DNA of 64,000 bases from an uncultured bacterium (GCA_963700155.1 OY969472.1:66058-130057), one strand, 5' to 3'; counted from the first letter of the stretch, positions 18,686 through 28,300 are shown. Notes: generated by a model from the sequence alone, not told the origin. Translations and numbers: made by a program.

Positions 18686-19699
18686 CTAACGTCGATAGAT
18701 CATCCCAGACCCAAAGGCTTTGGGTGGGGATATCTTCATCCCCATTCGAGCGAATACACTTTCAAGGCGTGTTCGCTCTGACTCAAGTTTGAAGTTATCT
18801 CCCCCGGTGGGGAAGAACACAAAAACCTGAGTTTTGGGGTTTTGTTCAAGGATGACACGAATATCATCCTCTCCCGCTCCAACTTGAAGCGGAAACGACG
18901 TTGAAAACGGCTGGGTTTCCACCCAGCCGATAATTTCTGAGAGCGGCTTCAAGCCGCTCGAAGTGTAATCAGGGAGAGTGATGCGAACACCCTCTCCCTC
19001 CGTATAAATTGTCCAGATTCGTCCCTTCTCGCGGAGGGAAAACAGCTTTGCCCAAATCTGGGAATCGCTGCTCTGAGCTAGGACACTGGCGACGTACGAG
19101 TCCAACTCGTAGCCTCCAATGTCCATCCCAACCATACCCGCCGTGTAAGCGAATGCCCCCGCAGCTTGGCGGAGATAAGCGCCGGACACAATGAATGTGT
19201 CCGGCTCCCGTTCGAACCACTCAATGTGGTCGAACACGAACGGGGTCACGGGATCAACCGTGACCTTCAAAAAAGCTTGGTCGTGCTCAACCTGAGCACG
19301 ACCGTTTGCAAACCGGACAGCTTCAGCAGCGATTTTCATCGCTGCCTCCACCGCCCAGTTCGAGTCAGGGTCGTCCGCCCAGCGGGTGACCCATTCTTTC
19401 GAAATCCCAGCCTGGCGTTCGCCAGGCACGGAAACAATAACCCCCCAGCGGAGCTGGGAAGTATTGAGCCATTGCGGCATCGCTGCCGCAACGACTCCCG
19501 GGGTATTTTGCATGACAACCGCCTCGGCAGAGGCGGTAATTGCTTGCTGCTCGATCTCGGTCAACTGACCGATAACTTCAGCTTTGTTGAGCGCGAACGT
19601 AACGTTCGCGCTTCCAACAACTTCGACTTGGATGTGGCCGAAGTCGGTCGCATGACGACCGACAACAAAGAACTTTTTGGTTTGAATTTCATTTGCCAT
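18686..19699 (-). CDS. orphan GC-rich soluble protein (cassette)
   Basis: 337 aa, GGGGAGGAG SD; N-terminal FFVVGRH...VVMQNTPGVVAAAM pattern. Confidence 0.8.
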   Translation of the reverse strand: MANEIQTKKFFVVGRHATDFGHIQVEVVGSANVTFALNKAEVIGQLTEIEQQAITASAEAVVMQNTPGVVAAAMPQWLNTSQLRWGVIVSVPGERQAGISKEWVTRWADDPDSNWAVEAAMKIAAEAVRFANGRAQVEHDQAFLKVTVDPVTPFVFDHIEWFEREPDTFIVSGAYLRQAAGAFAYTAGMVGMDIGGYELDSYVASVLAQSSDSQIWAKLFSLREKGRIWTIYTEGEGVRITLPDYTSSGLKPLSEIIGWVETQPFSTSFPLQVGAGEDDIRVILEQNPKTQVFVFFPTGGDNFKLESERTRLESVFARMGMKISPPKAFGSGMIYRR

Positions 19700-19741
19700 T
19701 TTGAATCTCCTCCCCTTCGTGGGGACTTAAAAGAACAGATT

Positions 19742-19803
19742 TCATGCCCATTGGCATGAGTCAGAAAACAAATTTTTGCTTTCAAGCTACTGCCAATGGC
19801 AAT
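19742..19803 (-). repeat. conserved leader hairpin, copy B
   Basis: TGCCATTGGCAGTAG-stem-CTCATGCCAATGGGCATGA; boxA-like motifs at 19904-19916 and 19727-19736. Confidence 0.75.
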
Positions 19804-20113
19804 CTTCTCTTTTTAGAGTTAGACATTGAAAATTTCGTTTGCAGTTATACTGCTACATTGAAATTAATATTTTATGAAGTTATTAAAATTAATTAATAAC
19901 TTGTTTTTTAAAGAACATCTTCTTAAAAGAAGAGATTAATTTAAAAAGACTAAAATACCCTCTTATTTCAAGGTTCGAGAGGTGGTCTTTAGCCACCCCT
20001 CATTTGTATTCTACTTGATTACTAAAAAAACTTAAGTTTTCAAGTAGATAGACTTTAGACATTTTTCACTCGCACCTATTTCTAGGTTGCCTCTTTGTGA
20101 GTTTTTTGGTGGG

Positions 20114-20527
20114 TTAAAAAGATTCCACCTCATGAACTCCCCCAAGGGGGCTGCTAACCAGCCGGGTCGCCCCGACTGACTCAGCGATCCGATTCAGCCG
20201 AGGACTGACCTCGGCAATCCTCAAAAGGAGGTCACTCTTTTTGGGATCCTCCACAGGAGTATCCCAAAGTTCTTTTGCCTCCTCTAAGGTGTAGGGCATA
20301 CCGCCCTCCACCCTAATTTCGACGCCCACCCACTGGGCGTCGACCTCGAGGTATTTAACCTCGGCTTTGAATCCTTCCTTTAGGAAGGATTGCAAAACCT
20401 GTTCTTTCTTCGCCTGCATACCTTGCAGGCGAACGATCATACCCTCCAAGGTTTTTACACCTTCGAGAAAATCCCCCACCCTAACGGTGGGGTATAGACC
20501 GTCATCAAAGTGCATTGTTACTTTCAT
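20114..20527 (-). CDS. orphan protein (cassette)
   Basis: ATG at 20527 with GAGGAGGAG SD; 137 aa; GC-rich. Confidence 0.75.
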   Translation of the reverse strand: MKVTMHFDDGLYPTVRVGDFLEGVKTLEGMIVRLQGMQAKKEQVLQSFLKEGFKAEVKYLEVDAQWVGVEIRVEGGMPYTLEEAKELWDTPVEDPKKSDLLLRIAEVSPRLNRIAESVGATRLVSSPLGGVHEVESF

Positions 20528-20549
20528 TTTTCTCCTCCTCGGAGAATAT

Positions 20550-20634
20550 TCATGCCCGAATGGCATGAGTATATAGACACAAATCTACATACTACTACCA
20601 TTCAGCAATTTGAAAGTACAAGTTTTTAAAGAAC
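20550..20634 (-). repeat. boxA + conserved leader hairpin, copy C
   Basis: GTTCTTTAAAAA...ATGGTAGTAG-stem-CTCATGCCATTCGGGCATGA. Confidence 0.8.
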
Positions 20635-20644
20635 ACTGCTTTCA

Positions 20645-21350
20645 CAGAGGTTGATAAACTTTTTGATTTACCAACCTCTATTAAAGCTTTTAAGGACTGC
20701 CCTGCTCTCGCGGGGCTTTTGTCATTCGACTTACTTTAAGACTTTTCTCTTACACCTCGGCCACAACGGCTTGGAGGTAAATTTTGTAAATGCCGAAAAA
20801 CTCGGAATTTACTATTTAATATTTGTCTGCATTATATGCAGCACTTTGCTTCGGACAACTAATGTTACCCCCGACCATAATTGCATCTCTCCTATCACTT
20901 TTCGGAGAGAGGATTGAAAACTTTTTAAAATTCTCAATCCTCTCCCCGAAAATCGGGGAAAGGAAAGTCTTTGCTCAAGTGATAGTAACTTGAGACTACT
21001 ATCTTTTTAACCGGTTAACTGTACCTCGCTTTTACGAGACCACCAGTAATCTAACCGATCATCCAGATAATCAAGTATTTAAATACTTAACTACCTTGGT
21101 AGGGTAAGGTAACAAATATATAAATATTTGATTACCTAAATAGCTAGTTCGTACTCACATTTAAGTGAACCACCGAATTTAGCATTAAGCTTTTGTTTAA
21201 TGGAACAAAGCCTAAAAAACAAAAAAAGCTTAGCGTGACTTAAGATAATTCAATCTTAAACCTTGCTAAGCTTTCTAAAAAAACATATTATATTTTTAAT
21301 ATTAATATGTTCAAGCCAATAAGGTAGGATTTATTATCTTGAGCAAATAT
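20645..21350 (-). ncRNA. long hairpin-rich non-coding leader / unassigned ncRNA (~700 nt)
   Basis: dense inverted repeats (e.g. 20899-20952, 20974-20994, 21107-21137, 21226-21273) between promoter/boxA and the first ORF. Confidence 0.5.
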
Positions 21351-21354
21351 TAAG

Positions 21355-21367
21355 TTTTAAAAGAGCA
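21355..21367 (-). promoter_or_regulatory. boxA-like element just downstream of the promoter
   Basis: TGCTCTTTTAAAA ~20 nt after the predicted start site; compare rrn boxA TGCTCTTTAACA. Confidence 0.7.
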
Positions 21368-21390
21368 TTTATTACTTTAAAGATATTACT

Positions 21391-21419
21391 ATTATATACC
21401 TAGATATATAATATGTCAA
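21391..21419 (-). promoter_or_regulatory. consensus sigma70 promoter driving the cassette array
   Basis: TTGACA (21419-21414)-N17-TATAAT (21396-21391). Confidence 0.85.
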
Positions 21420-21563
21420 TACATGGCAACAAATTTTATATATTTTGACATATCACCTATTCACCCTATCAATAAGGCTATCAACAAATCGACGCTGCAT
21501 TATTTACTATTTTTTCACCAATTAGTGATAGTTTTTATCAAAAATGAGTTAGAATAAATACAT

Positions 21564-23711
21564 ATGATACAAAAAAATAACAAACATCAACCTGATGAAA
21601 ATATTGAAACTCAGGTTGATTTAAAAAGAGAGTTGTTTAGTCTTATAAAATCCTCCATTCTTGCAAGAACTAAAGCTAATAGAATGGACTCATATGATAG
21701 TCAAGAAATTTTAAATGCAATTTTTCACCAATTTCCTCAGCTCAGAAGTGAACAATTGCTCCATAATCATCTTGAATGGAATATAAATGAAGTTGATTGG
21801 AACTCTTCAGATTACGTAAATTACTTTTATGGGAATCCTGAAAATTTAGATACAGTTGTTAAATTTATTACTGATAATATTTGGTCTATTCCATTTTTAA
21901 CACCTAATCTGATAAATGAAGCGAAGAAAGAAGATGTTATACCATCAACTATACAAATCTTATATTCAATAATAGAAAAACTCTTACAGCAAAGAAACAT
22001 TGAATCCGCAAAAACATTAAGCAAGAAAATTCTAGTTAATATAAATCTGCTAGTTGAGCTAGGTGGTCATATATGGGTAAATAAATTATTAGAAGCGATT
22101 TCACTACAGAATCATGATCTTTGGGTAAATATATACGGTATGAAAGAGGAAGAATATCAATATTATTTAGATTATCAGAAAAAGATTGAGGGTATTTATG
22201 AATTCAATTCACAAATTCGAAAGCTTGCAAAAGGTAGAATCAACAACTATTCAAGAGATGAAAATGGAGAATTGATTACAACACGCACCGATCATGAAAG
22301 CGAAATTTGGAGAATTGCTGGTAGGAATATACCTTTTATACAACCAGATGATGTACTAGAAAAAGATATCTCAGAAATATGGAGAAATTACGAACAAGAA
22401 CTAATTAATTATATTACTAAAATAAATAAAAGTGATCCTGGGTGGCAATTAATTATAACCGAAATAAATAAACTGGTAGAATATTTAGGAGATAAGGACA
22501 TCAGAGGTCTACACTTAGAATATCCTTTTTGTTTAAATACATTAAGGCAAAATATATTATCTGAATTTAAACGAAAGATTTATTACGACACAAAAACTCT
22601 ACCTGGGAAAACTCCAGCTCCTAAAGACGATAGAGGAAAATCTACGAATTTTCTTGCACAAAATTCAAGCCAAAATGTTTTTATAAGCTATCTGGCATTG
22701 CGACGCCTTATGTTCCCAGACGAAGATTTAGAAAATATAGATGTAAATTCCCCTCGAGCTCATTTAGATTTAGATAGCGTTTATGAAATAGCAAATTTTG
22801 AAGAATATTCAGAAAGCAAACAACTTGAAAGTACACTATATAGAAGAAATATGATATTAGAAATATTAAAAGAATTAAACCTGAATACCACTCAAATCTT
22901 TGAACTAGGCAGTGGGAGTGGTTGGCTTACAAAACAATTACACGATTCCCTACCTGAAGTCCCTATACACAGTCTGGAAATAAGTACTGACCAAATAAAT
23001 GCTGCAAAAAGATTTTTGAAAGATGCAATAGATAAAGAAAATATAACAATTTCCCAACTATCTTGGGACGAATTATCTAGTTGGGTTCCCTTTATAAATA
23101 GAAACAAGACAATTCCAGCAGTATTACTTTGGATGGGAAGAAGTGCTACACATGAAGAGAGTCAAGATTCCTTTATAGCAACGTTACTTAACTTTTCTAA
23201 GTTTATGGAAAATGGAGATTTTCTAATAATGGATATGCCTGATCCAAATACAGGAACATATATAAAACTAAGACAAAATATGGTTAATGCGTTCAATAAA
23301 ATTGGGGAAAATTTAGACCCAATTGTACACATCGAACTAGAAGATTTTGACTATTTGGTTGATTCACCTGATGGTGAACATAATTATAATAGATTTACAC
23401 CTTCCTATCAGAAACTATTGAAAATTTTTGAATTTATAGGATTAGAACCTCAAATTGTTACATTACCGGAGAATATTGGGAAATCAAACTTTAGGAACCT
23501 TGAACAAACTGATAAGATGGATAAATGCATTTTAGAAAGAGTAAATTCAACAGAATATACTAAACGATCAGATCATTCTAACGGATTAACTGATGAAGAT
23601 TATAATAATCGTAGAAATATGGTTTTTGTATTAAAAAAGACAAGAAATGTAGATAGTTTTATATTAAACAATAAGACAGCATTATTACAAACACCTGGAA
23701 GAAGATTATAA
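21564..23711 (+). CDS. large protein with C-terminal class I SAM-dependent methyltransferase domain
   Basis: IFELGSGSGWL motif I, SLEIS acidic motif II, GDFLIMD. Confidence 0.7.
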   Translation: MIQKNNKHQPDENIETQVDLKRELFSLIKSSILARTKANRMDSYDSQEILNAIFHQFPQLRSEQLLHNHLEWNINEVDWNSSDYVNYFYGNPENLDTVVKFITDNIWSIPFLTPNLINEAKKEDVIPSTIQILYSIIEKLLQQRNIESAKTLSKKILVNINLLVELGGHIWVNKLLEAISLQNHDLWVNIYGMKEEEYQYYLDYQKKIEGIYEFNSQIRKLAKGRINNYSRDENGELITTRTDHESEIWRIAGRNIPFIQPDDVLEKDISEIWRNYEQELINYITKINKSDPGWQLIITEINKLVEYLGDKDIRGLHLEYPFCLNTLRQNILSEFKRKIYYDTKTLPGKTPAPKDDRGKSTNFLAQNSSQNVFISYLALRRLMFPDEDLENIDVNSPRAHLDLDSVYEIANFEEYSESKQLESTLYRRNMILEILKELNLNTTQIFELGSGSGWLTKQLHDSLPEVPIHSLEISTDQINAAKRFLKDAIDKENITISQLSWDELSSWVPFINRNKTIPAVLLWMGRSATHEESQDSFIATLLNFSKFMENGDFLIMDMPDPNTGTYIKLRQNMVNAFNKIGENLDPIVHIELEDFDYLVDSPDGEHNYNRFTPSYQKLLKIFEFIGLEPQIVTLPENIGKSNFRNLEQTDKMDKCILERVNSTEYTKRSDHSNGLTDEDYNNRRNMVFVLKKTRNVDSFILNNKTALLQTPGRRL

Positions 23712-23728
23712 ATTTTTAGATAAACAAA

Positions 23729-24487
23729 ATGATTAATACAACAGATATTGGAATAACTGATAAAGCTTTTGAACTTTACTCAATACTTTTAAAAAATGGG
23801 CTCTCCACTGTTGGCTACTTAATAAAACAGTCTGGTTATAAAAGAGCAACAGTCTATAAAAACTTATATTCCTTAGAAAGTATCGGATTAATTACAAAAA
23901 TTGATGTTAAAAAAGTAATCAATTTTAAAGCAGAACCTCCCAAAAAATTACTTGAATTAGCAGAAAAAAAATATATTGACACAAGACGTGTCTTATCTGA
24001 TATTGAAGGTCTTTTACCTGATTTAAATTCTGATTATATTTTATCAACTGAAAAACCAATAGTTACAACATTTGAAGGTGTAAAAGGATTAAAAAAGATA
24101 TATGAAGATATGCTTTCCGAAAAAAAGGAAATATTTGCAATTTTACAACCAAGTATTGTTGAACCGGAATTATTTAACTGGCTAAATAAAAATTTTTTTA
24201 AAAGAAGAAAAAAATTAGGAATAAGAGTAAATGCATTAGTATCAACTGGTAGTTGGTCCACTGACTATGTAAAACAAACAGAAAAAGATGATATTGGTAA
24301 AACTAGGTTAGTTTCTAGTCAAAAATATCCTTTCAAACTTGAGATGGATATTTTTGGCGACAAGGTGGCTTTCATTAACTACAAAAAGGGCGAGCCTCTA
24401 ATTGGGATTATTATCCACAATCCTTTTATTGCAAAAACAATGAAAGCCACCTTTGATTTAGCTTGGTTAGGAGCAGCAGATAGTTAA
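23729..24487 (+). CDS. TrmB-family transcriptional regulator
   Basis: wHTH SGYKRATVYKNLYSLESIGLI; KPIVTTFEGVKG...MDIFGDKVAFI...FDLAW. Confidence 0.85.
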   Translation: MINTTDIGITDKAFELYSILLKNGLSTVGYLIKQSGYKRATVYKNLYSLESIGLITKIDVKKVINFKAEPPKKLLELAEKKYIDTRRVLSDIEGLLPDLNSDYILSTEKPIVTTFEGVKGLKKIYEDMLSEKKEIFAILQPSIVEPELFNWLNKNFFKRRKKLGIRVNALVSTGSWSTDYVKQTEKDDIGKTRLVSSQKYPFKLEMDIFGDKVAFINYKKGEPLIGIIIHNPFIAKTMKATFDLAWLGAADS

Positions 24488-24507
24488 ATAGTTAGAAAAG
24501 AATTTAA

Positions 24508-24849
24508 TTACTGTTCATTAAGAGATAATACTGTAGGTTTATTATAACCTTTAACCTCATAAATAACCCCATTCCATTCAGTATAAACAATCCCGATATG
24601 ATCTTTTGTAAATCTATCCCTTGATATTTCACCCATAAATTTAAACCAAAGATAATTCTCAACATTTCTTTTATCATTTTTAATATACTCAGAATCTGGA
24701 ATATACCTTGTAGCAAATGTTCTACCATCACCTATAACTAACCATTTCAACAGTGAGTTAATATCTTTAAGAAAATATAGGGAATTAAGTTCACCTTCCC
24801 AATCGGGAGTATGCTCTTCTAACTCATAAATAGATTCTAAAGAAGACAT
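24508..24849 (-). CDS. hypothetical protein
   Basis: 113 aa ORF. Confidence 0.5.
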   Translation of the reverse strand: MSSLESIYELEEHTPDWEGELNSLYFLKDINSLLKWLVIGDGRTFATRYIPDSEYIKNDKRNVENYLWFKFMGEISRDRFTKDHIGIVYTEWNGVIYEVKGYNKPTVLSLNEQ

Positions 24850-24910
24850 ATCTTTAAATTAAAAGTTTCGCAGATATTAACACTTTATTTTGACAGTTGT
24901 AAAGTCTAGA

Positions 24911-25339
24911 TTACTTTTTCCAGTCACATTTTTGCTGAACACATCTACATGAATATCCTAAATCTTTTGGCAAAGGTTGTGTTGGAGCAACACAAACTGA
25001 AACCGCTGGTTCATCTGTTCCACTTCCACAAATTTCAGAATTACATCCCATTACAGTACAATCAGAATCGATATTACAGGCTCCTTTTGTAGAACTCCCA
25101 TAGTATTCAGGAGTAGAAACAGGATTTTCTTGATTATAACTATTTCCATCTATATCGCACTTAACTGGCGAAGTAGCTATAATTGTTCCTCCAGCAGTTA
25201 CACACTCATCAAAGGTGTTTATTGAATTATTAGCTACCTCTTCTTTTTGATTTGCAAAATAAAGTACTACAATAGAAAAAAGAGTTCCTAAGATTATTAA
25301 TATAAAAAATATTAATAAAAATCTTTTATTTTCATCCAT
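24911..25339 (-). CDS. membrane-anchored eight-cysteine-cluster domain protein
   Basis: TM anchor, FDECVTAGG..SPVKC module, C-terminal CNIDSDCTVMGCNSEIC...CRCVQQKCDW. Confidence 0.7.
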   Translation of the reverse strand: MDENKRFLLIFFILIILGTLFSIVVLYFANQKEEVANNSINTFDECVTAGGTIIATSPVKCDIDGNSYNQENPVSTPEYYGSSTKGACNIDSDCTVMGCNSEICGSGTDEPAVSVCVAPTQPLPKDLGYSCRCVQQKCDWKK

Positions 25340-25378
25340 CTCATTAAAATTAATTTATAAACTTACTATCATTTTATA

Positions 25379-28300
25379 TTAATAGTTTATCGATATCCAT
25401 TTTTTTAAACAATCAAGAACTTCATCTTTTGAAAGGTCTGCTCTTCTCATAATCATCTTTTCATTATTACCTTCTATACCATATCGGACTACAATTTCAG
25501 TATCTCCTCCATTCTCAAAACATTTTTTTAAATTTTGTAACTCACTTTCATCTGTTACACCTCGTATATCAATATTTAATTTTCTTGGTTGATGTAATGT
25601 GTTCCCATGTTCTACTTCATTTACTATAATTGATTTCCTATCGTCGCGAATATTTATTGTACCTCTGATAATTAAAGGTGTTGTTTCGAGAAGCAAATGT
25701 TGAATTTTTTCAAAAGTTCGGGGAAATACAACTGCATCAGCTTTACTTGTGTCATCTTCAAGTGTAAGTATCGCCATCCTTTGATTATCTTTCTTAGTAA
25801 AAGTATATCTTACATTAGAAATAGTACATAGAACTTTAATATTCTTATTGTGTTCTAATTCATCTATTGTGTTTAATTTAACAAATTCTGGGAAAATTCT
25901 TGTCCATCCAAATCTCTGTAAGGGATGAGATGAGATAAAAATTCCTAAAAGCTCTTTTTCCCATTTTATTTTCTCGTTCTCTCTAACAGGATCAACTTCG
26001 GGTAAAGTAGTTGCATTAACTTTTCTTACAACGGGTTCTTCATCACCACCTAAAAGACTAAATAAGTCAGTCTGATTTTCATCAACAGCTTTTGATTTTA
26101 TATTCGCCTTTTGTAAAACTTCTGGCATTACAGTTAAAAGCGCATTCCTATCCCCAAATTCATCTAATGCACCTGAACGTATTAAACTTTCTAATGATCT
26201 TTTATTAATAATATCTGTTCCAACTCTTACTACTAAATCATCCATGCTTGTATATACTCCATTTTCTTCTCTTTCTTTTATAGTCGTTTGACAAACTTTA
26301 ATCCCAACATTTTTTATAGCACCTAACCCAAATCGGATAGAATCTTCGTTTTCAGGGGAGAAGTAAACTTTAGAAGTATTTATATTTGGTGGCAAGACTT
26401 TATAACCCATTCTTTTAGCTTCTTGAATATCAATTGTAACCCTATCTAAATTTTCAAGGTCAGCATGCATCAAAGCTGTCATAAATTCTAAAGGGAAATG
26501 TGCTTTTAAATATGCACATTTATATGCCAACACAGCATACCCAGCAGCATGAGCTTTATTGAATCCATAATCAGCAAATGGCAAAAGCATTTCCCAAAGT
26601 TTATCTGCTACTGCCTGCGAAAAGCCGTTTTTTACGATTCCTTCTTTAAATTTTGGCTCTTCTTTCTTCATTACATCAAGTTTCTTTTTCCCGACGGCTT
26701 TTCGCAGGCTATCAGCTGCACCCATATTATAACCTGCTAAATCTACAGCAACTCTCATCAACTGCTCTTGATAAATCATATATCCATTTGTAACATCAAC
26801 AATATGTTTAAGTTCAGGAATTGGATATTCAGCTTTTTTTAATCCATGTTTTATTTTTATATAGTCAGGGATGTATTTCATGGCACCTGGACGATATGCA
26901 GCAACCATAAAACAGATATCCTCTTGTGTTTCAGGTCTAAGTTCTTTTAGATATTGCTGCATAGGTGGTGACTCAAACTGGAATACACCAATTGTTTCAC
27001 CTTTAGAAAATATGTCAAAGGTTTTTTTATCATCTGAAGGAATATTATAAAAATCTACATTATTTCCATCTTTTCCATTAATTAACTTAAGAGCATAATC
27101 AATAATACCTAATGTTCTTAAACCCAAGAAATCAAATTTCATTAAACCTAACTCTTCAATATATGGACCTTCAAACTGAGTTACAGTTCTACCCTCACCT
27201 CCTCGCTCTTTTTGAAGTGGAACATAGTTTATTATTGGACCTGGAGTAATAAGATGTCCGCAAGCATGTACTGAAGAATGTCTCCCCATATTCTCAATCT
27301 TGCGAACATAATTAGCAAGTTCCTGAAGCTTAGGATTTCCATTTATTATCGAAGAAAATTCTTCATCTGTCTCCATCATCTTGTCTATTGGATAAACTTT
27401 TCCAAATAAAACGTGAACCATTTTAGAAAGCTTATCAGCTAATACTAAATCGATACCCATTACTCTTGCAACATCTCTAATCGCAGCTTTAGTTTTTAAT
27501 CTTCCAATGGCTATAATCGCAGAAACTGCATCTTCACCATATTTTTCTTGAGCATATGCAATAACCTCATCTCTTCTTGTATCTTGAATATCCATATCGA
27601 TATCTGGAGGTGAAGGCCTTTCAGGGTTTAAAAATCTTTCAAAATAAAGTTCCCACTTTAAAGGTTCAACCTCAACAATTTCAAGACAATGAGCAACAAC
27701 ACTTCCTGCAACAGAACCTCGTACTCCCATAAGGATTCCCTGGCTTGCTGACCATTTCATTAAGTCAGAAACTACAAGAAAATAATCATCGTATCCTTTG
27801 TCATGAATAACACCTAATTCATATTCAATTCTTTCAAATAAATCATCACCTAAATAATCTTTTAAAGTTTCATAATTTGCATTATCAATTTCTTGAAGCA
27901 TAAAATCATTAGTTAATGACTTTTTCTCATGACGATATTTAGAATCTTTATATTTTATTATTGCACCTTGATAAGTCTGCTTTTTTAAGTTCATCTCCTG
28001 CAGTGCTTCCTTTTGGTACATTCCAAAACTTTGGCTGAACTCTGTCAAAAGCTATACTATAATCTTCTATTTGTTCAGATATTTTCATTGTATTTTCTAC
28101 TGCGGAGATTTCATCGGAAAACTTCTCTTCCATCTCTTCAGATGATGTTATATAAGTCCCAACGTAACCTTTTCTACAAGTTTCATCTGAGAGAAGTTTT
28201 CCGTCTTTTATTGCAAATAGTACTGTTTGAACATCTTTATCTTCAGCGTCTAAATAATGAGCGTCTGTAGTGGCTACAAGCGGAAGTTTATATTTGTCTG

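Noticed and set aside
18969-19785. Overlapping alternative-frame and antisense ORFs (e.g. 19166-19759 +)
   Set aside because: Shadow ORFs expected in GC-rich sequence; only 18686-19699 has an SD and fits the cassette layout
15950-20640. CRISPR array or integron attC cassette array
   Set aside because: Repeats are not evenly spaced with short spacers, no cas or intI gene is in the window, and the repeats resolve as hammerheads, boxA-like motifs and leader hairpins
20651-20917. 88-aa plus-strand ORF
   Set aside because: TTG start, no SD, antisense to the promoter-driven structured RNA
15630-21419. Intact prophage or transposon
   Set aside because: No integrase, terminase, capsid, transposase or evident flanking att repeats; a phage-derived origin of the cassettes cannot be excluded
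27948-28048. Programmed frameshift or split dnaE at AAAAAAG
   Set aside because: Joining needs a +1 shift, not the -1 of dnaX-type A_AAA_AAG sites; dnaE is essential and other genes in the window also have single-base breaks, so a homopolymer sequencing error is more likely
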